From a virus (lineage: Duplodnaviria; Caudoviricetes): a stretch of 64,000 nt of DNA. Made by a program: the position numbers and the translations under genes. How positions within the stretch are numbered: the first letter of the stretch is position 1; the number at the start of each line of letters is the position of its first letter. This document shows, piece after piece, positions 36,658-46,900 of this stretch. The notes beneath the pieces are model-generated. The model was given only the letters and a program-made list of their open reading frames with translations, searched no databases and was not told where the DNA came from. The stretch covers positions 188 through 64,187 of IMG/VR virus record IMGVR_UViG_3300021091_000071; one strand, given 5' to 3'.

Positions 36658-38258
36658 ATGAAGTTGTAAATAATCTGTCGTTTAGTAATCAGTCTGAAAA
36701 AGCACATATAGGCGATAATAACTATGATTTTAATGTTCAATTAATTAATAGTGATGGCGACAATGTCGGTATTAAATTTGGAAGCATTGTCGAGATGGGA
36801 ATTACAGATGATTTAGCATCTTTTTATCAGAATGGTTATATTATTTTTAATAATAATATGGATGCGCTAGAAAGCGCCGAGAGTATTTCTACAGATGTTA
36901 GAGGTATGCCTGAAAAGGCTTTCCAACCTTACCGATTTAGAGGCGATGGTAGAGATTTAATATGTATTAATATTAAGCCATCGGTGGATATAGAAGACGG
37001 AGATCCTATTAGTAAATCCAGAACTGCTGGATTAGATAATACCTTTACTTTAAACGGTATTTTTTCTGTATACGACACTGAAGATATTTTATCTGATCAA
37101 AACAAAGATATAAAATTAAAAAAGCTTTATTTTCATGATCAGTCCTATCAAATATTAAACTCAAAAAATATCTACTTCTCAACAACAAAAATAGCTTCAA
37201 AAGATCAATCATCTTCTCAACAAGGTAATCAAAGTAATAAACGACTTATAGGCAACACTGAAAGAAGTATTGATACTGGTACCGCTATTAAAGAACTATT
37301 AAAGCTTGCCCTGGAAGACGAACAGCAAAAAATTTCTTTTAATTCAAGTTGGGATAAAGGTAAAAGCAAAATTTTTTACAGTAGCCCTGCAAATAATAGA
37401 GCAATTAATGATTTATATTATTTGCTGGACTACCATGTTAGTGATAGCGACCCGAGTAACCCCCCAGCATTATTGAGAAAAGATAGAAATAATGCTTGGA
37501 ATTTAATACCTGTTACCGCGTTATTTCAAACTTCATATTACAAAGGCAATCAATCTTTAGGAGATTTAGGTGGGCCAAATTTAACTGAAAACTTTATTAT
37601 TGTTAAGCCTAATGCGGGCGACGGTCCTGTGACGACAGGTCCTCAGCGAAACCCACAATTATCTGTGAATACAAATAATCTGCCGGATTATTCTTATGCA
37701 GAAAATTTTGAAACAGCAGGCATGCAAGCAGATGTTAGTAATTTTGGCATTGTAACTCATGCGGTTCATAATTATGATCCAGCAACTGGTGTTTTTTCTG
37801 TTGATATGGAAAAAAATAATGTAGAGTCGACTCTAAAAGGGTTTAACAAAAATATAGTTCAAACCCAAAGAGGCATATCTGGTAAATCACCCGCGGGTAA
37901 TATCACTCTATCACAGGATAGGTCCAGCAATCAATCTATTATACATTCCTTTAATCCAAATCCTGATCAAAACGCTCGTATTAATTCTGGTAGTAATAAA
38001 ATAATTTTAAATAGCATTTTTAATAACACCACAGTAGCATTTAGGAGTCGCGGCAATACAGCCAGGCAAGCCGGTAAGTTTATTACTCTAAAACGACAAA
38101 ATTTTCAGAATGATTCTAGTTTTGATAATAAAATTATGGGTACTTACCTGGTCGTAAAAGTTGATCATGTATTTAAAAACGATCAGTACTTTAATTACAT
38201 GGTATGTACTAAACCTTATAATGCGGAATCAAGCGGTTTATCCAATAAAGCCATATGA
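36654..38258 (+). CDS. Baseplate hub protein (gp27-like)
   Basis: ITDDLASFYQNGYIIF at the N-terminus and RGNTARQAGKFI...GTYLVVKVDHVF at the C-terminus. It follows gp53. Confidence 0.6.
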   Translation: MNEVVNNLSFSNQSEKAHIGDNNYDFNVQLINSDGDNVGIKFGSIVEMGITDDLASFYQNGYIIFNNNMDALESAESISTDVRGMPEKAFQPYRFRGDGRDLICINIKPSVDIEDGDPISKSRTAGLDNTFTLNGIFSVYDTEDILSDQNKDIKLKKLYFHDQSYQILNSKNIYFSTTKIASKDQSSSQQGNQSNKRLIGNTERSIDTGTAIKELLKLALEDEQQKISFNSSWDKGKSKIFYSSPANNRAINDLYYLLDYHVSDSDPSNPPALLRKDRNNAWNLIPVTALFQTSYYKGNQSLGDLGGPNLTENFIIVKPNAGDGPVTTGPQRNPQLSVNTNNLPDYSYAENFETAGMQADVSNFGIVTHAVHNYDPATGVFSVDMEKNNVESTLKGFNKNIVQTQRGISGKSPAGNITLSQDRSSNQSIIHSFNPNPDQNARINSGSNKIILNSIFNNTTVAFRSRGNTARQAGKFITLKRQNFQNDSSFDNKIMGTYLVVKVDHVFKNDQYFNYMVCTKPYNAESSGLSNKAI

Positions 38259-39100
38259 ATTTTACCACTACTACAGATCCTCAATTAACACGTGTAAATC
38301 TTTTTTACAAAAAGGATTTTTACCAAAGCGCTTCTAACTATCTTGGAGCCATTCAAAATTATTCAAACGAATTGGAGACAGGCATAGAATATAATCTTAC
38401 TAAAGTTTCAAATGACCCAATAACGTCCCAGGCTAAATTTTTTTCTAGTTTAGACAGCAAAATGAAAGGGATGCAACCACAGTTCGCAGCCCAATGGATT
38501 AATACCTTTAATACCAGCCTACAAGCCGTGCAAAATGAAGTTAGAATAGAAATAGGAGAAGGAACGTTCTACAAGCCTTTTAGCGATAGTATAGGATCCC
38601 TCGCGAGAATAGAAAATTATTTTGATGACAGCATGCAGCTTGTTAGTGATGTTGAAGGGTCACAGATGGCCTCCCCATTAAGATATGGCTCTTCTTTGTC
38701 TAATAAACTACACCCCGCAGTTACTTTGCTTCATGGTGAAATGAGTAAAAAAACTAATCTAGTTTTTAGAAAAAACTTAAGTAACATTCAATCTAAAGTA
38801 TCTTCCAGTACAAAAGCACATGGTGACAATTTAATACCCGATACGCAGCATTTTCAGCGAATGAAGAGTGCCATACCTACTATTAATCAAAAAATACAAA
38901 GTACTTTTAAGGAGCTAAATAATATTATTCAATATTATTGCAATTATAATTCTAGATCTGGCACTAATAATGTTCAGTATGTGCCTAACTATAACATTAC
39001 TGTCGATGTTGAAGGCACGCCAGTAAATCAAGACCTGCTTCAAAATCAAGTCCAAGATGTAGAGAGCAAGCTTACGACCCTGAAAGTGCTAGGTGTGTAA
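38255..39100 (+). CDS. Hypothetical protein, probably virion-associated
   Basis: 281-aa ORF coupled (ATGA) at the end of the baseplate operon. Confidence 0.6.
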   Translation: MNFTTTTDPQLTRVNLFYKKDFYQSASNYLGAIQNYSNELETGIEYNLTKVSNDPITSQAKFFSSLDSKMKGMQPQFAAQWINTFNTSLQAVQNEVRIEIGEGTFYKPFSDSIGSLARIENYFDDSMQLVSDVEGSQMASPLRYGSSLSNKLHPAVTLLHGEMSKKTNLVFRKNLSNIQSKVSSSTKAHGDNLIPDTQHFQRMKSAIPTINQKIQSTFKELNNIIQYYCNYNSRSGTNNVQYVPNYNITVDVEGTPVNQDLLQNQVQDVESKLTTLKVLGV

Positions 39101-39548
39101 CAGTTATAGCTTCGGTTTCAATTACCTTAGCTTCTTCCATTATTTTTTTAAAAATTTCATCTCTACTCATCAAAAATTTTGCTTGATTGTCTGCATCTTT
39201 TAGGTTCTTTCTCGATTCTATCTCCATAATTTTTAGGTCTTTTGCGCTTTCTTTTCTAACTTGAGCAATATGAATGTCTTTTATTACTGTCAACGCGCTA
39301 GCTACCGCTTTTAATGCTTCAGACAAAGCTTCTACCTCTCTGCTTTCTGGGTTATTCATGACATACTCTTTCACACCTTCTACTATTTCTAATCCTTGTG
39401 TAACCAGCTTGCCTGTACTGTTTAATACAAAATCTTCTAATTTTTCTTTTGACAAGTTAAAATCTTGTTTTGCTAGATTTTTATTTTCTTTAGTTGAAAT
39501 TTGTAGTTGCTCAATAAGATCATTTACGCTAAATTCTTTTTCTGCCAT
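39072..39548 (-). CDS. gp16: Terminase small subunit (gp16-like)
   Basis: The helical core KLVTQGLEIVE...NPESREVEALSEALKAVASA resembles the gp16 HPRAYEV region. GATAAATA lies 4 nt upstream. Confidence 0.55.
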   Translation of the reverse strand: MAEKEFSVNDLIEQLQISTKENKNLAKQDFNLSKEKLEDFVLNSTGKLVTQGLEIVEGVKEYVMNNPESREVEALSEALKAVASALTVIKDIHIAQVRKESAKDLKIMEIESRKNLKDADNQAKFLMSRDEIFKKIMEEAKVIETEAITVTHLALSGS

Positions 39549-39595
39549 ACATTATTTATCTATTGATATTACTAAGCAATGTGTTATATTATGGT

Positions 39596-40042
39596 ATGGA
39601 AACGCTACCCTCATTTATGCCACAAATACGATTTGAGAAAACACATCCAGACGCGCAGTTGCCCAAGAAAAATTTTGAGTCTGACTCAGGCTGGGATTTA
39701 GTTGCAATAGAGGCTACAGCCATTCCACCTAAAAATAGAGCTGTTGTACCAGTAGGCCTTAAGCTTGCATTTCTAGAACCTGGGTATTGGATTAGTGTTG
39801 AGTCTAGATCTGGGCTAAGCTTTAAAAACGGTATTCTTGCACACCCTGGTGTAATAGACCAAAATTACCGAGGCGACCTAGGAGTATTACTATACAATCA
39901 CAGTGATAAGTTTTACAATGTAGAGAAAGGTGATAGAATTGCCCAGTTGGTAGTACATTACAATATTCACATGCAGGTTGGCTGGGGTAGTGTCCAAGCT
40001 ACAGACAGAGGCGAAAAGGGGTTTGGAAGCAGCGGTAAATAA
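39596..40042 (+). CDS. dut: Trimeric dUTPase
   Basis: SGWDL, SRSGLS, GVIDQNYRG, GDRIAQL and RGEKGFGSSG. The start is 39596 or 39617. TTGATA-N16-TATATT lies upstream. Confidence 0.95.
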   Translation: METLPSFMPQIRFEKTHPDAQLPKKNFESDSGWDLVAIEATAIPPKNRAVVPVGLKLAFLEPGYWISVESRSGLSFKNGILAHPGVIDQNYRGDLGVLLYNHSDKFYNVEKGDRIAQLVVHYNIHMQVGWGSVQATDRGEKGFGSSGK

Positions 40043-40043
40043 A

Positions 40044-40976
40044 ATGGATGTAAATAAAGTTTGGACAGAAAAGTACAGACCTCAAACATTAGAAGATATA
40101 GTTGTATCAGATGATACTAGAAAAATCCTCCAATCGTTTGTCAAGGATGAAGAAGTGCCCAATCTACTGTTTTGTGGACATGCTGGAATAGGCAAGACAA
40201 CCACCTCAAAAGTATTAATAAAACTTCTAGACGCTGAAAATATATATCAAAATTGTTCAGAGGTAGGTATAGATGCTGTTAGAAATGTTATTACAGGGTT
40301 TAGTAGAACAAAAAGCTTTAACGGTAAAAAGAAGATTGTATTACTTGACGAGGTGGACGGCATGGCTTCTATCGAAGCACAGAGATCATTAAGAAATGTT
40401 TTAGAGGAGTACACATCCCATTGCAGATTTATTTTAACATGTAACTACAAGCATAGAGTTATAACACCGTTGCAAAGTAGATGCCAATCCATAGACATAG
40501 ACCCAAAGCTACAAGACGTTCTAAAAAGGTGTTACTCTATTCTTAAAATAGAAGGCATAGGAATTGCTGAAGAAGAAAAAACAAAGCTAGTAAGTTTAGT
40601 CAGAAAATACTTTCCAGATATTAGAAAATGTATCAATGAAATGCAAAAGTACAGTTGCACAGGATCTTTATTGATTCCTAGTTTGAGTGTAAAAGATGAT
40701 TTTATAGAAAAAGTAATTCAACATATTGTAAGTAAAAAAGTTCTCCATGCAAGAAAATTAATAATAGAAAATGAAACTACCTTTAATGGTGATTACCCCT
40801 TACTAATGAAAGGGCTATTTGATTGTGTTTATAGTGGTAATTATTCTTTAACAGACAGTCAAAAAAAGATGTGGTTGGCTGCTATAGGTGAGTTTTTGTA
40901 CAGATCAGCATTTGTGCTTGATCAAGAGATTAATTTCTACTGTTTAATGCTTAGTTTATCAGAAATTAACGGCTAG
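40044..40976 (+). CDS. gp44: Clamp loader AAA+ subunit (gp44/RFC-like)
   Basis: WTEKYRP, GHAGIGKTT, LDEVD, FILTCNY, LQSRC, FPDIRK and DQEIN. Confidence 0.93.
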   Translation: MDVNKVWTEKYRPQTLEDIVVSDDTRKILQSFVKDEEVPNLLFCGHAGIGKTTTSKVLIKLLDAENIYQNCSEVGIDAVRNVITGFSRTKSFNGKKKIVLLDEVDGMASIEAQRSLRNVLEEYTSHCRFILTCNYKHRVITPLQSRCQSIDIDPKLQDVLKRCYSILKIEGIGIAEEEKTKLVSLVRKYFPDIRKCINEMQKYSCTGSLLIPSLSVKDDFIEKVIQHIVSKKVLHARKLIIENETTFNGDYPLLMKGLFDCVYSGNYSLTDSQKKMWLAAIGEFLYRSAFVLDQEINFYCLMLSLSEING

Positions 40977-41568
40977 GCAAATACCTGGCTGTGCCTTTTT
41001 CTACCGCGGGGCTTTTTTCCCCTACTGCTGGAGAACTTGGAATAGTTACATTAGTATTGTTAAGTTTATTTTCTGTTTCTGTATCTTTGTTGTTCCCTCT
41101 GTCTGTAGTGTTTGTTTGACGCTGAGGCGACATCATTTGTTCTTGCTGAGTGGGTAATTCAACTTCTTTAGGTCCTATATTAACATTACCTGTGCGTTTT
41201 AAGCTGTCAGGTACTGGTGCTAGGTTGGGATATGTATCATGAGGTTGAATAACATGTGCTGGTACTGTAATAAAATCCTTGTATAGCCCGGGTGCTAACT
41301 CCAATGTTAGATCTACTAAGAAGCTACTAGCTTCATTTTGAACATTGCCAGGTTGTGTAGAAGGTCTAACCGGCTTTACAGCACTCACTCTAATATTTAA
41401 ACCACTGTCGATGAACTGTTTAAGCTTATCAACATAGTTTGGCGCTTGATCTTTGAAAAATTCATCTCTTGTTGCACCATCTACAAATTTTACCAAATCA
41501 CCTGTTAAAAAGCCACCACGGGTATATCGAGAAATAGCCGACTCGTACAATTTGACGAATTTGTTCAT
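40966..41568 (-). CDS. Late hypothetical protein, candidate internal head protein
   Basis: ATAAGTA lies 5 nt before the ATG. N-terminus is MNKFVKLYE, followed by GGFLTGDLVKF. Confidence 0.65.
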   Translation of the reverse strand: MNKFVKLYESAISRYTRGGFLTGDLVKFVDGATRDEFFKDQAPNYVDKLKQFIDSGLNIRVSAVKPVRPSTQPGNVQNEASSFLVDLTLELAPGLYKDFITVPAHVIQPHDTYPNLAPVPDSLKRTGNVNIGPKEVELPTQQEQMMSPQRQTNTTDRGNNKDTETENKLNNTNVTIPSSPAVGEKSPAVEKGTARYLPSR

Positions 41569-41614
41569 ATTAATACTTATGTTCTCACATCTTATTTTAG
41601 AACAATTATCTTGT

Positions 41615-41622
41615 TATAAATA
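41615..41622 (+). promoter_or_regulatory. T4-type late promoter TATAAATA
   Basis: 5 nt before the gp25 ATG. Confidence 0.75.
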
Positions 41623-41627
41623 ATTTC

Positions 41628-42095
41628 ATGGCTGCTATTGTGTTGAATACTATAAGCTTACCAGCATCTGGTGCTCTATACAAAGACTTGTTATTGGATT
41701 TAAAAACTAATTATACTCAAAATACACAGTTACAAAAAAAACGCGAAATTAAAGATTTGCAGGTTTCACAAGATATAGGCGCAATAAAAAATAGTCTTTT
41801 TAACTTGTTCACAACTATGCCTGGACAAAAAATTCTTAATCCTATCTTTGGGTTAAATCTGACACAATATTTGTTTGTGCCAATATCTGTTACGCAGGCC
41901 AGAATTATAGGTGAATCCATATTCACAGGTGTAAAAAAATTTGAGCCAAGAGTACAAATACGTAACATAAATGTTGAAACTGACTATGATAATAATCAAT
42001 ATAGTATATTCATGACACTTGATGTGCCTAGTTTAAATGTTCAAAACTTAAGCCTGAAGGGAGTACTCAGCGAGTCTGGGTATTATTTTGATTAA
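41628..42095 (+). CDS. gp25: gp25 baseplate wedge subunit
   Basis: AIKNSLFNLFTTMPGQKILNPIFG and FEPRV. Confidence 0.88.
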   Translation: MAAIVLNTISLPASGALYKDLLLDLKTNYTQNTQLQKKREIKDLQVSQDIGAIKNSLFNLFTTMPGQKILNPIFGLNLTQYLFVPISVTQARIIGESIFTGVKKFEPRVQIRNINVETDYDNNQYSIFMTLDVPSLNVQNLSLKGVLSESGYYFD

Positions 42096-42097
42096 TT

Positions 42098-43969
42098 ATG
42101 GCAAACAACGTTACAAACAATCCGTTTAGTTTGCCGTTAAATGCATATGCGGCGTTTGATGCTGCAAATTTAAAATCACTAATGATACAACGGCTAACTG
42201 AAGGCGGTGTTTTTACAGATCAAATTTACGAGGGAAGTAATTTTAACAGCTTACTTGACGTTATTGCGTACAGCTATAATGTCTTGCTGTTCTATTTGAA
42301 CAAATCTGCTAGTGAGAGTAGTTTTTCTCAAGCTCAAATTTACGAAAATATGAACCGCATAGTAAAAATTCTTAATTACAACCCTGTTGGTTATCAGACA
42401 AGTGTTTTGTCTTTTGAAGCCACTGCGCCAGGTACTTTACCAACCGGTGTGTATACCATACCTAGGTATTCATATTTTACAATTAATGGGGTAAACTATT
42501 CCTTCGCAAAAGATGCAACGTTTATAAAAACAACCGATAATGAAGAAATATTGACTCAGTTTAATAATTCAACGTTGCTATATCAAGGCTCTTTTGTACC
42601 TTATTCCCCGTATGTCGCAAACGGCTCTCCGTTTGAAGAGTTTTCATTAGCTGTAACAGGAGAAAACGGCGGTGTAGAAATTATAGATCATTCAAATGTT
42701 CATGTGTATGTATTGGATGAAACAGGAAAATACACCGAATGGAAAAGAACTAATACCTTGTATTTGGAAGAGGCTAATAGCAAAGTCTTTGAGTGTCGTT
42801 TGAACGAAAACCAGAGATATTCTTTAAAATTTGGTAATAATGTAAACGGTAAACAACTTCAACCAGGTAATATAGTATCTGTTTTTTATCTTAAAAGTGA
42901 TAGTGTAGCAGGGGAGATCGGTAGCAATGTTTTAAACGGTAACAAGCTATTTTTATATAATGCACCTACCTTTACCCAAATTTTTAATGATGTAAAAGAG
43001 CAATTAACGTATGTAACAGCCTCGCAGGCAGGTACATTAGAATTTATTAATCCCGCGGCTAGTACTTTCTTTTCTGATTTAGAAGACGTCAACAGCATAC
43101 GATCGAATGCAGCTAATACATTTAAAACACAATTCAGACTTGTTACAACGTCTGATTTTGATACCTATTTAAAAAATAATTATAGCAATTTAATCTTAGA
43201 TGCTAAAACAGTAAACAACTGGGAATACTTAGCAGAACACGTGAGGTATCTGTACAATCTTGGATTAAAATCACCAAATAGCGATAGTAGAGTATTGTTT
43301 AACCAAATTACTTTTGCGGATAGCTGTGATTTTAATAACGTTTACGTATACATTGTACCAAAGTTGCAGCTTTCTCCTAATGGTAATATTCGTAACAATT
43401 ATGCTAGTACAGGGTTGAAAGACAAGATTATTAATGAACTGCAAAATATTAAACTCACCACCGCTGAAATAGTTATGATGGATCCAGTATATATTGCAAC
43501 GGGGCTAGGCATAGCCAGTAATGAAGAGATTAACAACCTACTTTTAACACCAGAAATAATAAATGAAACCAAATTAATTATCGGCCGGGCGCCGAATAGC
43601 GTTCTATCTGAAAATGAAATTAAAAATTTAGCAGCAAAAGTTATTCAAAATTATTTTAATGTTGAAAATGTCACGCTAGGACAGGTAATTGATTTAGATG
43701 AAATATCAGCACAAATTTTGAAAATACCAGGCGCGACTTCTATAGCTACAACGCGCACATCCAATGGTGTTACAATTCAAAGAAGTGGAATTGTACTCCT
43801 AATGTTTAATCCAGTTTACAGCGACCCAGGTGAGGATATTCAAATAATTAACCAAACCGTTAAGCTGCCATATTTTAAAATACCCTACCTGTACAACAGT
43901 AATAATATAACAAACAATATTGAAGTAATAACACCGGACGCCCAAGGCGCAAGTTTAAGGGAATATTAA
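42098..43969 (+). CDS. gp6: gp6 baseplate wedge subunit
   Basis: YEGSNFNSLLDVIAY, LNYNP, LKFGNNVNGK and RLVTTSDF. It follows gp25. Confidence 0.9.
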   Translation: MANNVTNNPFSLPLNAYAAFDAANLKSLMIQRLTEGGVFTDQIYEGSNFNSLLDVIAYSYNVLLFYLNKSASESSFSQAQIYENMNRIVKILNYNPVGYQTSVLSFEATAPGTLPTGVYTIPRYSYFTINGVNYSFAKDATFIKTTDNEEILTQFNNSTLLYQGSFVPYSPYVANGSPFEEFSLAVTGENGGVEIIDHSNVHVYVLDETGKYTEWKRTNTLYLEEANSKVFECRLNENQRYSLKFGNNVNGKQLQPGNIVSVFYLKSDSVAGEIGSNVLNGNKLFLYNAPTFTQIFNDVKEQLTYVTASQAGTLEFINPAASTFFSDLEDVNSIRSNAANTFKTQFRLVTTSDFDTYLKNNYSNLILDAKTVNNWEYLAEHVRYLYNLGLKSPNSDSRVLFNQITFADSCDFNNVYVYIVPKLQLSPNGNIRNNYASTGLKDKIINELQNIKLTTAEIVMMDPVYIATGLGIASNEEINNLLLTPEIINETKLIIGRAPNSVLSENEIKNLAAKVIQNYFNVENVTLGQVIDLDEISAQILKIPGATSIATTRTSNGVTIQRSGIVLLMFNPVYSDPGEDIQIINQTVKLPYFKIPYLYNSNNITNNIEVITPDAQGASLREY

Positions 43970-43972
43970 TCC

Positions 43973-46900
43973 ATGTTACCTCTTAGTGCGGTACTAATAA
44001 GATGCACCGTTATTGATGATGATGCTTCAATTAATGTATACAGTAGCTACACATTACCAGGTACACCTTTTTATTTAAAACCCGTTTGGTTTGATACACA
44101 GCAACAAATTAACTACAGCCAATTTCAGATAATTTGGGATTTAGGTGATGGTACTGTAATGACTGGTCCAAGCGCACAGTATTACTACAAATACCCAGGC
44201 ATATACAATGTTACAGCAACATTGTACGATAGAAACGGAATACCACATTTAGTAACGTCCTCGTTAGACTCCACTACTGCTTATCAAGTTCCTGTTTCAC
44301 TTACAGCCATAAATGTATTGCCAGATTTGATCGTTTTTGAACCTTTTAAACCAACTAAAAACTCTGGCGTATACTTGTTACCTGCGGGTAAAAAGAGCGA
44401 GCCACTAAGAATACACAGATACAATAGTTGGCAAAACGACAGATTTTTAAAAGAAAATAACTATACTATAAACTTGTACGCATCAGGTAGTAGTAGTGAT
44501 TTTCTTTCTGTGGCGGACTACTACAAAGACAAATATGCTCATTTACGCAAATATTTTGGGTTTGTTGATACAGTTGTAAATAAAGACGGGATTGCAGAAT
44601 CTAAATTAGTTGATTCGACCACTACAAATGCGGTTAGTGTATATGCTAGGCCTTCTAAGCGGGATGGCCGGTGGGATCAAGAGTTAACATTTTACTCCTC
44701 TCCTCTGCCTGGTACTTATTTTGCCGGTACAACAGGCACTACGTTAGACAACCATTTTACAAGTTATATTGATCAAACACCTGGCAGAACACAATCTACT
44801 GGTTTAATTTTTATTTTTGCTCACCCTGATACTTCTTATTTTAATGATAAAGAAACTATTTTTAACGACTATTACCCATCATTACAATTTCCGGTCTATG
44901 GATATCAAAATTATCCTAGATGGAAAGTGCAATATTTGCGATCTATTTTTAATCCAGCAACAGAAATAGAAATAACCAGTAATGGAATTACAGCAGAAGG
45001 TACGCAACAAACGCTGGGCTCATTAAGCGGTCAACAACTGCACTCTTTCAACATATACCCTATAAAGTGGACCGATTCTGAGATTTCTTTTTGCTGTACG
45101 TTTAAAGATTCTGATTACTTTACTACAAAATGTTACCCCCCTATTTCTGGTTTTATTACTGATGGTACAGACCCAACACAACTCAATACTATAAGCCTAG
45201 GTGTTTACCAGCTTAATGATTTAGATCCTTTTACACCAGTATCACCTGTTAGCTCAACATTAGTATCACAAGCCGTTTTTAAGCGCAACCCCTCTGTACC
45301 TGTATTCAACAAGCATGGTAGTTACTTTTGTGGTACTGTTTCTGTTCCTGTGGAGTGTAAAGTAGCGGTGTTATGTGCCTCAGCTCTCATAGTTGATGAG
45401 CCGCCCATAAGCCTTGGTATACCTTATGGATATGCTGGCCAGCCAGGTATTGGCAGTGTGAAGCGCTTTACCAAACGACCTATATTTAGCAATTGTGAAG
45501 GTGAAGAAATAAGCTTTAAGTATAGAGGTGAATATGCCACGTACAATACCCCAGCCAATGCTAATCTAATAATTACATATGCACCACTTGGTACTCATGG
45601 AAAAGGACAAGATAGAGTTATAATAGCAGATGCAGACACTGATACTATATTTTTCTATTCATCAAGCGGAAATATTTTAAATAGCATATCTCTGGATAAT
45701 GTACCTGTATACAGGCAGTTTGAGTCTCCACGTGTTGAAAATTTTAAAGGTACACTGAATAGTGCAAGCCCTTCAAATATTGCTACAGACAGCAAAGGAA
45801 ATGTGTGGGTGTCTCTTTTTGATGCTGTATCGTGCATAAAGATAGATTACAGCACATTAACTGTTACAGCCTGCGCAGTACCTACCGAAAGAAACGTTGA
45901 ATACATTAACTCGCCTCTGTATTATTCTTTAAAAACTTTTTTAAGCGGATATACTGGGGAGAACTCCTTACTGCCTACTTGTGTTGACACGGATTTAAAT
46001 GATAATATTTTTGTAGGGTACAGCCACCCTGTAAGCGGTTTTATTTTTAAATATAGTTCTACAGGAAGAGTCTTAACCGCTATTCCTGTTAATCCGTTGT
46101 TGTCCATTCAAGAAATATTAGTAGATAGAACTAATAGCGTATGGGCTGTAGCAAAGACGTTGAACAGTGGGCACGCAACTAACCCGTTTAATGTTCAAGA
46201 TATGGTATACAAATGGGATAATAATTTGACTTTACAGCCTGGGTTTCCTATAATTGGGTTAAAAAATATTGGAAATATAACTATTGATTTGCAGCAAAAT
46301 TTATGGCTCAATACAGGATTTTCTGAGTTAACTCGTATAACCCCTGCTGGTGCTACAACTACAATTGAGCTGGGTAGTCAATATAACAGTACAGAATATT
46401 ATCAACCGATTGGCGGGATTGCATGCGACACTGACGGTTTTGTATGGGTTATACACAATTACAACGCTAGAATGTATTTCTACCCGTCTACAATAGATAC
46501 AACCCCCGCGACGGTTTCGCTATCTGGTTTATACTATTCTGATTTACCAGAAATATATTTGACTACGCCTGATGGTTCTAGAGCCTTTTACGGGGTGTTT
46601 GGTGACTGGACGGGTATACGATGGTTTAACAAGTATGTAGTTAAATCAGACCCACTGCCACGCATTGTACGAGGCAATAGCAATCTATTTCAAATATTGC
46701 AAAAATCTCCAGTAATTAATAAAATAAATGAAGATTTTGATCAAACTAGTACTTTGAAAAGCTACATTCTTCAAGAGGGGTTGTTTGATAAAAAAGCATT
46801 ATTAGATGACTTTGTAGGTCAAATTGTTGGAAACGTTGATAGCTCGCCTGAGACATTAGGAAAAACAGTATATGAAAAAATTGCTAATTTTGTAGGCAAT

